NCBI GenBank assembly: GCA_035652535.1
Contig: DASRDP010000013.1
Span: forward strand, 6,016 to 70,015
Direction: 5' to 3'
Origin: Chloroflexota bacterium
GTDB taxonomy: Bacteria > Chloroflexota > UBA6077 > SHYK01
Length of the DNA stretch: 64,000 nt
Part shown: in pieces, positions 18,029 through 26,752 of the stretch
Position numbering within the stretch: position 1 is the first letter of the stretch
Layout of the letters: each line of letters begins with the position of its first letter
Translations under genes and position numbers: made by a program
The notes under the pieces: generated by a model
Database searches by the model: none
What the model was told of the DNA's origin: nothing
What the model saw: the letters and a program-made list of their open reading frames with translations, nothing else

Positions 18029-20242
18029 CTACCCGACGAGGGCCTCCCGCACCTTCTGCGAAAGCGCCAGGTCCGTGAAGGGCTTAGCGAGGAACACTTT
18101 GCCATACGGCACAGCGCGCTGACCGATGCGTGTTTCGGGATCGAACCCCGACATGAAGAGGACCCGGATCGCGGGGCGCTGCGCTGTCACTTTCTCTGCG
18201 AGCTCGCGCCCGCCCATCCCGGGCATCACCAGGTCCGTGATCAAGAGGTCGATCGAGTCCTGGCGACGGGACAGGATGGCGAGCGCGTCCATGGCATTCG
18301 ACGCTACATACACGTGGTAGCCGAGAGACTGCAGGACCGTCGTGGCGAACGTCCGCACGATCTTGTCATCTTCGACGAGGAGGACGGTCTCGGTTCCTTC
18401 GGGTAGCCGCTCCGGGGCCCCCTGCCGTCCGGCCATGGTGACCGGCCGGTCGACCCGGGGCAGGTAGATGCGAAACGTGGTGCCGTGGCCGGGCTCGCTG
18501 TAGACCCAGATCGTCCCGCCGCTCTGCTTGACGATGCCGTACGCCGTCGAGAGCCCCAGGCCGGTCCCCTTCCCCGGCTCCTTGGTGGTAAAGAAGGGCT
18601 CGAAGATTCGCTTCTGCGTCTCAGCGTCCATCCCGATTCCGGTATCCGTGACGGCGAGCATCACATGATGGCCCACCTGCGCGCCTTCATGCTGGCGCAC
18701 GTACTCCTCGCTGAGGACCGCGGTCCCCGTCTTGATGGTGATCTTCCCACCCTGGGGCATGGCGTCGCGGGCATTCACGGCGAGGTTCACGAGCACCTGT
18801 TCGATCTGGCCGCGATCCGCCTCGATGTTGCCGATCTCGGGGTCGAGTTGCGTGACCAGCTCGATGTCCTCGCCGATCGCGCGGCGCAGCAGGTGCTCCA
18901 GCTCAGCGACGACCGTGTTGAGGTCGAGCACCTGGGGCTCGAGGGGCTGCCGGCGGCTGAACGCGAGGAGCTGGCGAGTAAGGTTTGCCGCGCGCTCACC
19001 CGCCGCCTGGATCTGGTCGACAAACGTGTGGAGCGGGTCATCGCTTGGGAGCTTGGCGAGAACGAGGCCGCTGAATCCGATGATGCCGGTGACCAGATTG
19101 TTAAAGTCGTGAGCGATGCCCCCCGCGAGGAGGCCGAGGGCCTCCAGCTTTTGCGTCTGGCGCATCTGCTCGCTCTGGTCTTTCAGCTCCTCGGCCGCTT
19201 GGTCAAAGGCCTGCGCCAGCTCTCCCAGCTCGCCGAGGCTGTAGGGGATCCCACTTCGGGCACCCAGGTCGCCGCTGCCCAGGCGTCGCGCCGCACTCAC
19301 CAGGGACCGAACGGGACGCAAGATCGCAAGCTCGGCAATAAGCCAGGAGGCGGCAATGGCCACCACCCCCACAGCCGCGACGGCGAGGAACCCCGTGAGG
19401 AGGATGCGCGCGGCCCCGCTCGTTGCCCCCGCCGCGGGAATCGCGACGCTGATGTACGCGGACCCATTCGTGGTGGGAACGGCGCCGATCAGCTGTTCGG
19501 TGCCGTTCGGCCCGATGCCCTCGAGCTTTGCCCGGTTTTGGTTCGCGAGGAGCGCGAAAGTTGCGTCAGCTCGGGCGTCCTGCTCCCCCACGATGCCCTC
19601 TGGGTCGGGGTATCGCGCGAGAATCACGCCGCGTCGGTCGACGATGCTCAGCGTCGCATCGTCCGGAAGCGAAGATTTGGCGGCAGCGCCGCCGAGCCAC
19701 GTGAGGTTCATCGTGGCGAAGAGAATCATGCTCGTTGCGCCGTCTGAATCGAGCAGCGGATACGCATAGGTCAGTGACGGTTGTCCGGTGAACCGACTCA
19801 CGCGATATTCGCCGACCGAGAACTGCCCAGTCGTCGCGGCCCGCTGGAAGTACTCGAGATCCGCCACGCTGACGTCGCGCCCCGCGTCGACGGCGCTACA
19901 GATGACTGCGCCAGAAGGATCGGCAACACCGAAGTTTCCGTAGGGCAGGGTCTCTAGCGCCAGGATTCGCGCCAGCGTGGCGGCGCATCCGTCCCGATCC
20001 TCGCTTCGCACGGCCGGGAGCTGCGCGAGGACCGCGAGCGTTTCTCGGGCCGAGTCTTGAAGGCGGGCCTGTTCCCCGGCAACGAACTGGGCCTCACGCA
20101 GCGCCTGATCGTGGATCTGCTGGAAGGCAACCTGGCGTTGTGTAGCGCCCGTCACGAGAACGAACAAGATCATCGGGGCCATTGCCCCTGCAATGAGCAG
20201 GAGCAGGCGTGCCCTGAGACTCGCGAACCGCGGGCTCTTCAT
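18029..20242 (-). CDS. hybrid sensor histidine kinase (periplasmic sensor domain, HAMP, HisKA, HATPase_c, C-terminal REC)
   Basis: It has an H-box (HDFNNLLTGIIGF), N and G boxes, and a C-terminal receiver (LLVEDD...DLLITDLVMPGMGG). Confidence 0.85.
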   Translation of the reverse strand: MKSPRFASLRARLLLLIAGAMAPMILFVLVTGATQRQVAFQQIHDQALREAQFVAGEQARLQDSARETLAVLAQLPAVRSEDRDGCAATLARILALETLPYGNFGVADPSGAVICSAVDAGRDVSVADLEYFQRAATTGQFSVGEYRVSRFTGQPSLTYAYPLLDSDGATSMILFATMNLTWLGGAAAKSSLPDDATLSIVDRRGVILARYPDPEGIVGEQDARADATFALLANQNRAKLEGIGPNGTEQLIGAVPTTNGSAYISVAIPAAGATSGAARILLTGFLAVAAVGVVAIAASWLIAELAILRPVRSLVSAARRLGSGDLGARSGIPYSLGELGELAQAFDQAAEELKDQSEQMRQTQKLEALGLLAGGIAHDFNNLVTGIIGFSGLVLAKLPSDDPLHTFVDQIQAAGERAANLTRQLLAFSRRQPLEPQVLDLNTVVAELEHLLRRAIGEDIELVTQLDPEIGNIEADRGQIEQVLVNLAVNARDAMPQGGKITIKTGTAVLSEEYVRQHEGAQVGHHVMLAVTDTGIGMDAETQKRIFEPFFTTKEPGKGTGLGLSTAYGIVKQSGGTIWVYSEPGHGTTFRIYLPRVDRPVTMAGRQGAPERLPEGTETVLLVEDDKIVRTFATTVLQSLGYHVYVASNAMDALAILSRRQDSIDLLITDLVMPGMGGRELAEKVTAQRPAIRVLFMSGFDPETRIGQRAVPYGKVFLAKPFTDLALSQKVREALVG

Positions 20243-20360
20243 CCGGTCAGCGTCTGGTGCCCGAAGCTGGGATGCAACGTAATGGGCGTGACCACGACGT
20301 GTCGCTCCATCCACGGGTTCGGCGACGCCAAGCCGGCCGCTCGGCCCGCCGCGAGAGTCG

Positions 20361-20681
20361 CTACCCGGTCGACTCGTCCGTGAGCCGGCGCTGCTGGACG
20401 AGCCAGCGAGCGAACTCGAGGCGGTCGGGGTCCAGCGGACGGACCGCGGAGACCAGTGGGGGCCGTGGCACGGGGATCGGGTCGCCTCGGCCCAGCATCT
20501 CCACGATCAGACGCCTGCGCAATTCGTCGACCTGCTCGATCGCCTCGATCGGGGTATCCGCTTCGGCGACACAATCGGGCAGCTCCGGATAGCTCGCCCG
20601 CCGCACCCACTCGCCGTCCGCTCTACACACGGATTCCATCGTCAGCAGGTACGGGACAGCGAGATACTCATCCAGCGTCAT
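20361..20681 (-). CDS. HicB-like antitoxin-fold protein (UPF0150 family)
   Basis: The segment YLLTMESVCRADGEWVRRASYPELPDCVAEADTPIEAIEQVDELRRRLIVEMLGRGDPIPVP matches the HicB/UPF0150 pattern (YPELPGC.A.GDT.EEA...). Confidence 0.55.
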   Translation of the reverse strand: MTLDEYLAVPYLLTMESVCRADGEWVRRASYPELPDCVAEADTPIEAIEQVDELRRRLIVEMLGRGDPIPVPRPPLVSAVRPLDPDRLEFARWLVQQRRLTDESTG

Positions 20682-20716
20682 GGTGGGTATTCTACTTTGT
20701 GGACGAGGTCTTGGAA

Positions 20717-21313
20717 ATGAGCATCGCGGACGCGCAACAGCTGTGGAGCGAGCCGGATCCCGAGCGCTGGACCGCGGCGCTCGAGCAATACCCTTCCGTC
20801 GTCGCGGCACAGCACATTGCCGGATTGATTGAGCTGGACGACTGGTATCGCGGCGAGCTGCCCCGGTCCATCGCCGACCGGTCGCCGCCGTTCCTGGAGC
20901 GCGCGGAGTTGGTTCGCCTCACACGATGGAAGATGACGCGCGGCGAATGGCGCGCCCGAAATCTGGCGCTCGTCCAGAGCAATCGCGATGCCGACGTTCG
21001 CACCGCGACCATGGAGGCGTTCGAGATGGCCCCGGACCCCCGCCTCCCCGTTGTGCGGTTGGCGAAGCTGGCTGGAGTTGGGGCGGCCACCGCCTCCGCC
21101 GCGCTGGCCGCCTTTTGCCCAGACCTCTACCCCTTCCTCGACGAGCTGGTGGGCGCGGCGGTCCGTCAGCTTGGCGAGCCCAAGTTCACCGTCCCCTACT
21201 ATGTTCGATACGCCGAGGCGCTACGCGAGCGGGCGGCTGTCCTGGGCGCAGACTGGAAGGCTCAGGCAGTCGGACTGGCCCTCTGGTCGGCGGCTGGCGG
21301 GAAGTTCGGCTGA
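20717..21313 (+). CDS. hypothetical protein with helix-hairpin-helix-like motif
   Basis: It contains LAKLAGVGAATASAALAAF, a GhG-type hairpin, and has a coding-like composition. Confidence 0.5.
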   Translation: MSIADAQQLWSEPDPERWTAALEQYPSVVAAQHIAGLIELDDWYRGELPRSIADRSPPFLERAELVRLTRWKMTRGEWRARNLALVQSNRDADVRTATMEAFEMAPDPRLPVVRLAKLAGVGAATASAALAAFCPDLYPFLDELVGAAVRQLGEPKFTVPYYVRYAEALRERAAVLGADWKAQAVGLALWSAAGGKFG

Positions 21314-21360
21314 AAGAACAAGCGCGAACACGCTCCCGCCCCACGGTTCCGCCGGGCAGC

Positions 21361-22203
21361 CTACTCGCCGAACGCGGACTTGGTCGCGTCAAAGGCGATC
21401 TCCAGGGTTAGCCGCTTATCGACGCTCACGACGTTGGGCGCGACGGGAAGCGGCAGACTGAAATCGTCAAAGGACACGACTGCGCGAGCGCTGCCCTGCA
21501 CGACGTCGCCGTTGACATCGCCGGTCACGATCCACGACATCGGGTGGCTCACGCCGCGAATCGTGAGATCGCCGCCGAGCTGGAAGTTGACCGGACCCTC
21601 CGTGGGGAGGGGGCTCTTGATGCCGTTCGCGATCCGTGGGGCAAAGATCACCTCTGGAAATTGGTCGGTCTGCAGCGTATTCGCCTTCACGTAGTCGTCG
21701 ATGCGGGGGTCGTTACTTGCAAGGGACTGGAGATTCACCACGATCCTGGACTGATCGGGGGCGATGTTGCCGTCCGGCCGAATGACGAGCGAGCCGCTGA
21801 CGTCGCGGGTCTCGCCGATGATCTCGGTGGGGAACGAGCGACCGATGATGACAGCCTGCGCACGGTACCGCGCGGCCGTCTGCTCGGTCACGATCGTGAC
21901 GCGCACGGAGCCGGGAGGTGGGGGGATGGGGGAGCGCGACGGCACCGGAGATGCCGCGGCGCGGTCGCTCAATCCCCCGTTCGGCCTACCGGGGCCAGCG
22001 GGGGAGCTGCCCAGGGAACACGCCGCCGACGCGAGCAGGACCGCGAGCCCGAAGGCCACCGGCCTCCAGATCCGTGACGGCGCACGACGCACCAAGGCGC
22101 CATCTCCAGGGAGTTTGTCGCCGAAAGGATACAGCCCCGGACGTGCAATCGGCGGCCCGGCCCAGGCAGGCTGCTCAAGAACCGCTCGCCCTGATCCAGT
22201 CAA
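21361..22203 (-). CDS. YceI-like family lipoprotein
   Basis: It has a signal peptide with lipobox (LLASAAC) and a C-terminal YceI-like beta-barrel segment (DDYVKANTLQTDQFPEVIF). Confidence 0.65.
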   Translation of the reverse strand: MTGSGRAVLEQPAWAGPPIARPGLYPFGDKLPGDGALVRRAPSRIWRPVAFGLAVLLASAACSLGSSPAGPGRPNGGLSDRAAASPVPSRSPIPPPPGSVRVTIVTEQTAARYRAQAVIIGRSFPTEIIGETRDVSGSLVIRPDGNIAPDQSRIVVNLQSLASNDPRIDDYVKANTLQTDQFPEVIFAPRIANGIKSPLPTEGPVNFQLGGDLTIRGVSHPMSWIVTGDVNGDVVQGSARAVVSFDDFSLPLPVAPNVVSVDKRLTLEIAFDATKSAFGE

Positions 22204-22934
22204 AGGGCGCGGCGTGCTTCAATTGGCCTGCCTTGAGTGAAACCGAAGGGCTCAGCACGAACGGCTCCCGCACGTTCTTCTGCATCCTGCTCGCGCCGGA
22301 GGGGGCGGATCGCGGCGCGCGCAGGCGCGCCGTCGCTTGCGGCGATCCGGAGAGGGAGGCAGACGAGGTCGTACGGGCCCGGCTGGACGTGCGAGAGATT
22401 GAGGCCCTCGAGGATCCAAACACCGGCCTCCAGCAGCGCCCGGTGCGTCGCGGCCCCGTCGGCGTGGTACCCGCCCACCGACAGATAGTCGATCCCGACC
22501 AGCAAGACGTGGGCCCGCGCGAGCGCGCGTGCGGCCTCCGGCGTAATGTAGACGTAGTCTTCCACGAACGCGTCGTCCGCCCAGCACCACGTCGAGTTGT
22601 GCGTTTTGAAGAGGATCCGCTCTCCCGGTTGCACCGTGTGCCGAGCCAGCTCGTCCGGGGTAATGGCGACGCGGTCGGCGATCTCGATCACCCGCGCGGG
22701 GCCGATGCCGACGTGGAGCGGCATCTGGTCCAGGCTGGCCGTCGACGGGACGTAGTGAAGAGGCGGATCCATGTGGGTCCCCGTGTGGGTCCCGATGGTC
22801 ATGGACGAGACGTTCGCTTCGGCGCCGCCACGACCGATGTGCTGAACGCGCGTTATGCGCACCGGCGGGTCCCCCGGCCAGTGGACCATGCCGTCGTGGA
22901 GCGGGACCGAGATATCGATCCAGTTCGCATCCAT
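22200..22934 (-). CDS. cyclase family protein / kynurenine formamidase-like (PF04199)
   Basis: It carries the metal-binding motif GTHTGTHMDPPLH. Its stop overlaps the YceI gene start by 4 bp. Confidence 0.8.
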   Translation of the reverse strand: MDANWIDISVPLHDGMVHWPGDPPVRITRVQHIGRGGAEANVSSMTIGTHTGTHMDPPLHYVPSTASLDQMPLHVGIGPARVIEIADRVAITPDELARHTVQPGERILFKTHNSTWCWADDAFVEDYVYITPEAARALARAHVLLVGIDYLSVGGYHADGAATHRALLEAGVWILEGLNLSHVQPGPYDLVCLPLRIAASDGAPARAAIRPLRREQDAEERAGAVRAEPFGFTQGRPIEARRAL

Positions 22935-23092
22935 CTCACGCGCCTCCCTGTCTCCGGTAACTATCCGGGATTCGATCCGTCCCGCCAAACCCGTTCGCCC
23001 TGAGACCCACCGCTTCGCTCAGGTCAGGCCCGTCGAAGGGCGGCCGCCCGTTCCCCAACTGTCGACGCTGGCCGATGGTACACTGGCCAACG

Positions 23093-24337
23093 ATGCGGAG
23101 CATTTTGAGCCCTCGCGGGCTCCCCGTTTTCGCCGTTTTCTTTCTATGGAGCTTCGGCACCGGCGCCAACAACCTGGCCCGCCCCCTCTTCGCTGCCTCA
23201 TTCGGTGTTCCTGTTCTCTTTGTTACCCTGATCACGTCCACCAACTCCGTCTCGCACCTGATCTCTGGCCCAATCACCGGCTACCTGATGGACCGATTCG
23301 GACGAAAGCCGATGCTGATCGCGGGTCTGACGATTCGCGGCGCCTCCCTTTTTGCCGAGTACTTTGCCGACAGCTACACGGCCTATCTGCTCCTCGAGTT
23401 CGTGGGCGGCCTGGGCGTCGCGGTCTGGACCACTGGCGCATCGATCCTGGTCGCCGACCTGACCGTTCAGACGAATCGCGGGCGGGCGGTCGCCCTGCGG
23501 TCGATGTCGACACGCCTGGGATTCGTCCTCGGGCCTGTCGTGGGAGCCGCGCTCGCGTCCGCGTTCGGCCTTCGCTCGATCTTCGTCTTCAATGCGCTGA
23601 CGAAGGTCGTGATCATCGTGGCGATGGGGCTCCTCATCGGCGAGACCCGGCCCGAGGCCGCGGCTGCCATGCAGCGGGCGCCCGCCGCGGAGCGCGAACG
23701 GTTGCCGCTTCGAATCTTCCTGACCCGCCAATTCGTCATCATCAGCCTCGTGACCTTCGCGGTCGCGATGATGAGCCAGGGGATCTTCGCTTCGCTGTTC
23801 CCCCTCTACCTGAAGACGACCCGGGGCTTCACGACGGGCGAGATCGGCGCCCTGATCACGGTGGCGGGCGTATCGTCCCTGGCCGTATCGTTTCCGAACG
23901 GCATGCTCGTCGATCGGTTTGGGCGCAAGAGCACGCTCGTGCCCGGCCTTGTGGGGTACGGGGTGGCGTCGGCGCTCCTGGCCCTTGGGGGCGATTTCGG
24001 CCACCTCGCACCGATCGTCGTCCTGTACGGGCTTGGCGAGAGCGTGTGCACGGGCGTCTCGCAGGTCTACGCGATGGATCTTGCGCCAGAGAACCGCCGT
24101 GGGGCGTTTCTCGGCGTATGGTCGCTGCTGGCAGAGGCGGGAACCGCCGCGGCCCCCCTCGTCGTGGGATTCACCGCGGAGCGGCTCGGATTTGGCTTCA
24201 CGTTTGTTGCGGTGGGCGTGGCGCTGGGCACGGTCGCGACAATCATGGGCACGCTCGGGCCCGACACGAGGCGCCGCGCCATCGCGGTGGGCCCCGCGGG
24301 GGAGCGCGCGCAGCCCCCGGCCGCGCTTGCCAGGTAG
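23093..24337 (+). CDS. MFS transporter
   Basis: About 12 TM segments and the motif GYLMDRFGRKPMLIAG (MFS motif A) are present. Confidence 0.8.
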   Translation: MRSILSPRGLPVFAVFFLWSFGTGANNLARPLFAASFGVPVLFVTLITSTNSVSHLISGPITGYLMDRFGRKPMLIAGLTIRGASLFAEYFADSYTAYLLLEFVGGLGVAVWTTGASILVADLTVQTNRGRAVALRSMSTRLGFVLGPVVGAALASAFGLRSIFVFNALTKVVIIVAMGLLIGETRPEAAAAMQRAPAAERERLPLRIFLTRQFVIISLVTFAVAMMSQGIFASLFPLYLKTTRGFTTGEIGALITVAGVSSLAVSFPNGMLVDRFGRKSTLVPGLVGYGVASALLALGGDFGHLAPIVVLYGLGESVCTGVSQVYAMDLAPENRRGAFLGVWSLLAEAGTAAAPLVVGFTAERLGFGFTFVAVGVALGTVATIMGTLGPDTRRRAIAVGPAGERAQPPAALAR

Positions 24338-24398
24338 TCGCGCTCTCTGATGGCGTGGCGCACCGACGCCGCTCAGAGAGTGCACCGTGCGGGATGGC

Positions 24399-24629
24399 TC
24401 AGACCGGCCGGCAGACCTTACAGGGGCGGTAGCCGGCGCCGAGCGCGGCGTCGGCGTCTGTGAAGACGACCCGGTTCCGATCCAGGACCCGCGTATCGTA
24501 GCGGCACGTCGGCAGGCAGAAGATCCGGGTCGAGCGGCAACCGTGCAGCGGAGCGCATGCCGTGGGCACCGGCTCACCCGAGGTGGACGCTGGGCTCGAC
24601 GAATTCGCCACAGCGGAACTCTTCGGCAT
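24399..24629 (-). CDS. stand-alone Ada-type zinc-binding domain protein (Ada_Zn_binding)
   Basis: The segment IFCLPTCRYDTRVLDRNRVVFTDADAALGAGYRPCKVCRP matches the Ada N-terminal C-x3-C...C-x2-C Zn site, including the methyl-acceptor PCK.C context. No AraC HTH or MGMT domain is attached. Confidence 0.55.
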   Translation of the reverse strand: MPKSSAVANSSSPASTSGEPVPTACAPLHGCRSTRIFCLPTCRYDTRVLDRNRVVFTDADAALGAGYRPCKVCRPV

Positions 24630-24633
24630 CAGG

Positions 24634-25062
24634 TCACGCACCATCGCGTCGGGCGACCGCTGCCGCGGCCTGGGCCCCGTCGCCTGCGAAGTCGTGATCG
24701 ACGCGCCGTGGGCCCTCGCGGACTCGGTAGTTCACCCGAAGGATCTCGAGGGGCTCGTCATCTACTCCCTCGAACCAGTACTTGGTACCGGCGGGGATCA
24801 GCACGCCTTCGTACTTTCCCAGCTCCGCGATGATGGTGTCCCCCTCGCCGTGGAACCGGGCGCGGCCGCCGAGGACGAGCCAGTAGCCGTCCTCCACCAA
24901 GTGGAGATGGAGGTTGTTGTGGACGCCCTTCTGGAAGATCTGCACCGTGCTGACCACGTTATCTGTCTCGCACATGGGAAACGATTTGCGCCCCGGCGCG
25001 CTGTCGCGACCGCCCTCGGCATTCGGGCCCCGGTACCGGAATCGCTGAATTGGCTCGGGCAT
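24634..25062 (-). CDS. cupin domain protein
   Basis: It has a two-His cupin motif region (NLHLHLVEDGYWLVLGG ... GVLIPAGTKYWFE). Confidence 0.6.
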   Translation of the reverse strand: MPEPIQRFRYRGPNAEGGRDSAPGRKSFPMCETDNVVSTVQIFQKGVHNNLHLHLVEDGYWLVLGGRARFHGEGDTIIAELGKYEGVLIPAGTKYWFEGVDDEPLEILRVNYRVREGPRRVDHDFAGDGAQAAAAVARRDGA

Positions 25063-25191
25063 GTCCGCCCACCTCCATCAATCGCGCAATCGCGTCACTC
25101 GCGCGGAGAACGCGCGGGGTCGCCACTCGGGCCTTGTAACACCGGAGGGGCCAGCCGGTCAACATGCGCAGCCAGGAACGGGCGCGGTGTC

Positions 25192-25221
25192 TTGACCGCT
25201 CCGCCGGCGCGCCACTATGAT
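25192..25221 (+). promoter_or_regulatory. putative sigma70-like promoter (TTGACC-18 bp-TATGAT) upstream of the amidase gene
   Basis: These are sequence matches to the -35 and -10 consensus in the divergent intergenic region between the cupin and amidase genes. Confidence 0.35.
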
Positions 25222-25258
25222 CGGTTCCCGGCCAAGGCCCACCCCGTCAGGAACGCGG

Positions 25259-26752
25259 ATGCTCGACGCGACGATCGACTCCATTCTTCGCGCCCTGCGC
25301 GACCGCAAGATTACCTCTCGTGAGGTCGTTCAGTGGCACATGGACCGGATCGCCGCGTACGATCGGTCGGGCCCGTGCCTCACGGCCGTTGAGACCCTGA
25401 ACCCGGCGGCTCTCGACGAGGCGGACCGCCTCGACGCGCTTCTCCGCCGGTCCGGGCCGGCCGGCCCGCTCCACGGCATCCCCACCATGCTGAAGGACCA
25501 GGTCGAGACGGCCGACATGCCCACCACATTTGGCTCCGCCCTCTTTAAGCACTATCGATCCGGCCGCGATGCCACTGTCGTGGCCCGGCTCCGCGCGGCA
25601 GGGGCGATCATTCTCGCCAAGAACACCATGAGCGAATTCGCACAGCCTGGCTATCACGGCTCCGCCTTCGGCTACACCCGCAATGCGTACGACACGCGTC
25701 GCGCGCCGGGTGGCTCCTCGTGCGGAACGGGCGCCGCCGTGGGGGCGCGTTTTGGGGTGGTTGGAATCGGGGAGGACACGGGCGGTTCGATTCGAAATCC
25801 CGCCTCCCACAACGCGCTCGTCGGCCTTCGACCGACGGTCGGGCTCGTGAGTCGATTCGGAATGCTGCCCGGCACGCCGTCGCGCGATACGCTCGGCCCA
25901 ATGACCCGCACGGTCCGCGACGCCGCCGTCCTGCTGGACGTTATCGCGGGCTACGATCCGAACGACTCGACGACCGCGTACAGCGTGGGGCGAGTCCCCC
26001 CGAGCTACACGGCGCTGCTCGACGACGTCCCCGCCGAGGTCAGGATCGGCGTGGTGCGCGAGCGGCTCAGCGCCAACAGCGATCCGTCCGCCGACGACTA
26101 CGGACAGGTGCGTTCAGCCTTCGACCGTGCCATCGGCGCCATGATCGAGGCCGGGATGAAGATCGTCGATCCGGTCGCCATGGGCCGCGTCGTGGAGCTG
26201 CTACAGCAGGCGAGTGGCGTCGGGGAGTCGGAGGCGGCAGTGGACCGGTACCTCACCGAGATACCGGACGCGCCCGTCCGCTCCTTACGGGAGATCGTAC
26301 TGGCGCCGGACGGTCTGGTGATGCCGAGCCAACGAGCCCTCCTGGCCGACGCCATCGGCCATACGACCAACAGCCCCGCCTACCTTGCCGCGCTCGTCAA
26401 CCGCAGAGAGCTGCGCCGCGAAGTGCTGAAGGTCATGGCCGACGCGGGCGTGGACGCGCTCATGTTTCCGACCGCTGACCACTTTCCGCCCCTCGTGCCC
26501 GACGACATCCTGACGTCGGCCGAGTCTCGGCGCGGCCGCGGGTCCAACAATGGGCTCAGCTCCGCCACCGCTTTTCCGTCCCTCACCGTCCCGATGGGGC
26601 TCGCAGGTGGGATCCCCCTCGGCCTGAGCATTCTGGGGCGGCCGTTCTCCGAGGGGCTGCTTCTTCGCATCGCGCACGCGTATGAGGGGCTTCGAGGCCC
26701 TATCCCGCCCCCCGCGAGCGCGCCGGACCTGGCTACTCCGGCCAGAGAATGA
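25259..26752 (+). CDS. amidase (amidase-signature family)
   Basis: The AS signature GGSSCGTGAAVGARFGVVGIGEDTGGSIRNPA is present. Confidence 0.85.
   Translation: MLDATIDSILRALRDRKITSREVVQWHMDRIAAYDRSGPCLTAVETLNPAALDEADRLDALLRRSGPAGPLHGIPTMLKDQVETADMPTTFGSALFKHYRSGRDATVVARLRAAGAIILAKNTMSEFAQPGYHGSAFGYTRNAYDTRRAPGGSSCGTGAAVGARFGVVGIGEDTGGSIRNPASHNALVGLRPTVGLVSRFGMLPGTPSRDTLGPMTRTVRDAAVLLDVIAGYDPNDSTTAYSVGRVPPSYTALLDDVPAEVRIGVVRERLSANSDPSADDYGQVRSAFDRAIGAMIEAGMKIVDPVAMGRVVELLQQASGVGESEAAVDRYLTEIPDAPVRSLREIVLAPDGLVMPSQRALLADAIGHTTNSPAYLAALVNRRELRREVLKVMADAGVDALMFPTADHFPPLVPDDILTSAESRRGRGSNNGLSSATAFPSLTVPMGLAGGIPLGLSILGRPFSEGLLLRIAHAYEGLRGPIPPPASAPDLATPARE

Noticed and set aside
18485-19747. ORF 18485..19747 + (420 aa) antisense to the hybrid histidine kinase
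   Set aside because: It has no domain features. The histidine kinase motifs (H, N, G boxes and REC) are in the minus-strand frame.
20692-21090. Candidate HicA partner among ORFs next to the HicB-like gene (20692..21090 -, 20239..20610 -)
   Set aside because: Both are wrong-frame, Arg/Ser-rich translations overlapping better-supported genes. Neither shows the HicA dsRBD-like fold motif.
22855-24577. ORFs 22855..24432 + (525 aa) and 23198..24577 - (459 aa) overlapping the MFS transporter
   Set aside because: The translations are Arg/Gly/Pro-rich. The 23093..24337 + frame gives a 12-TM MFS with motif A.
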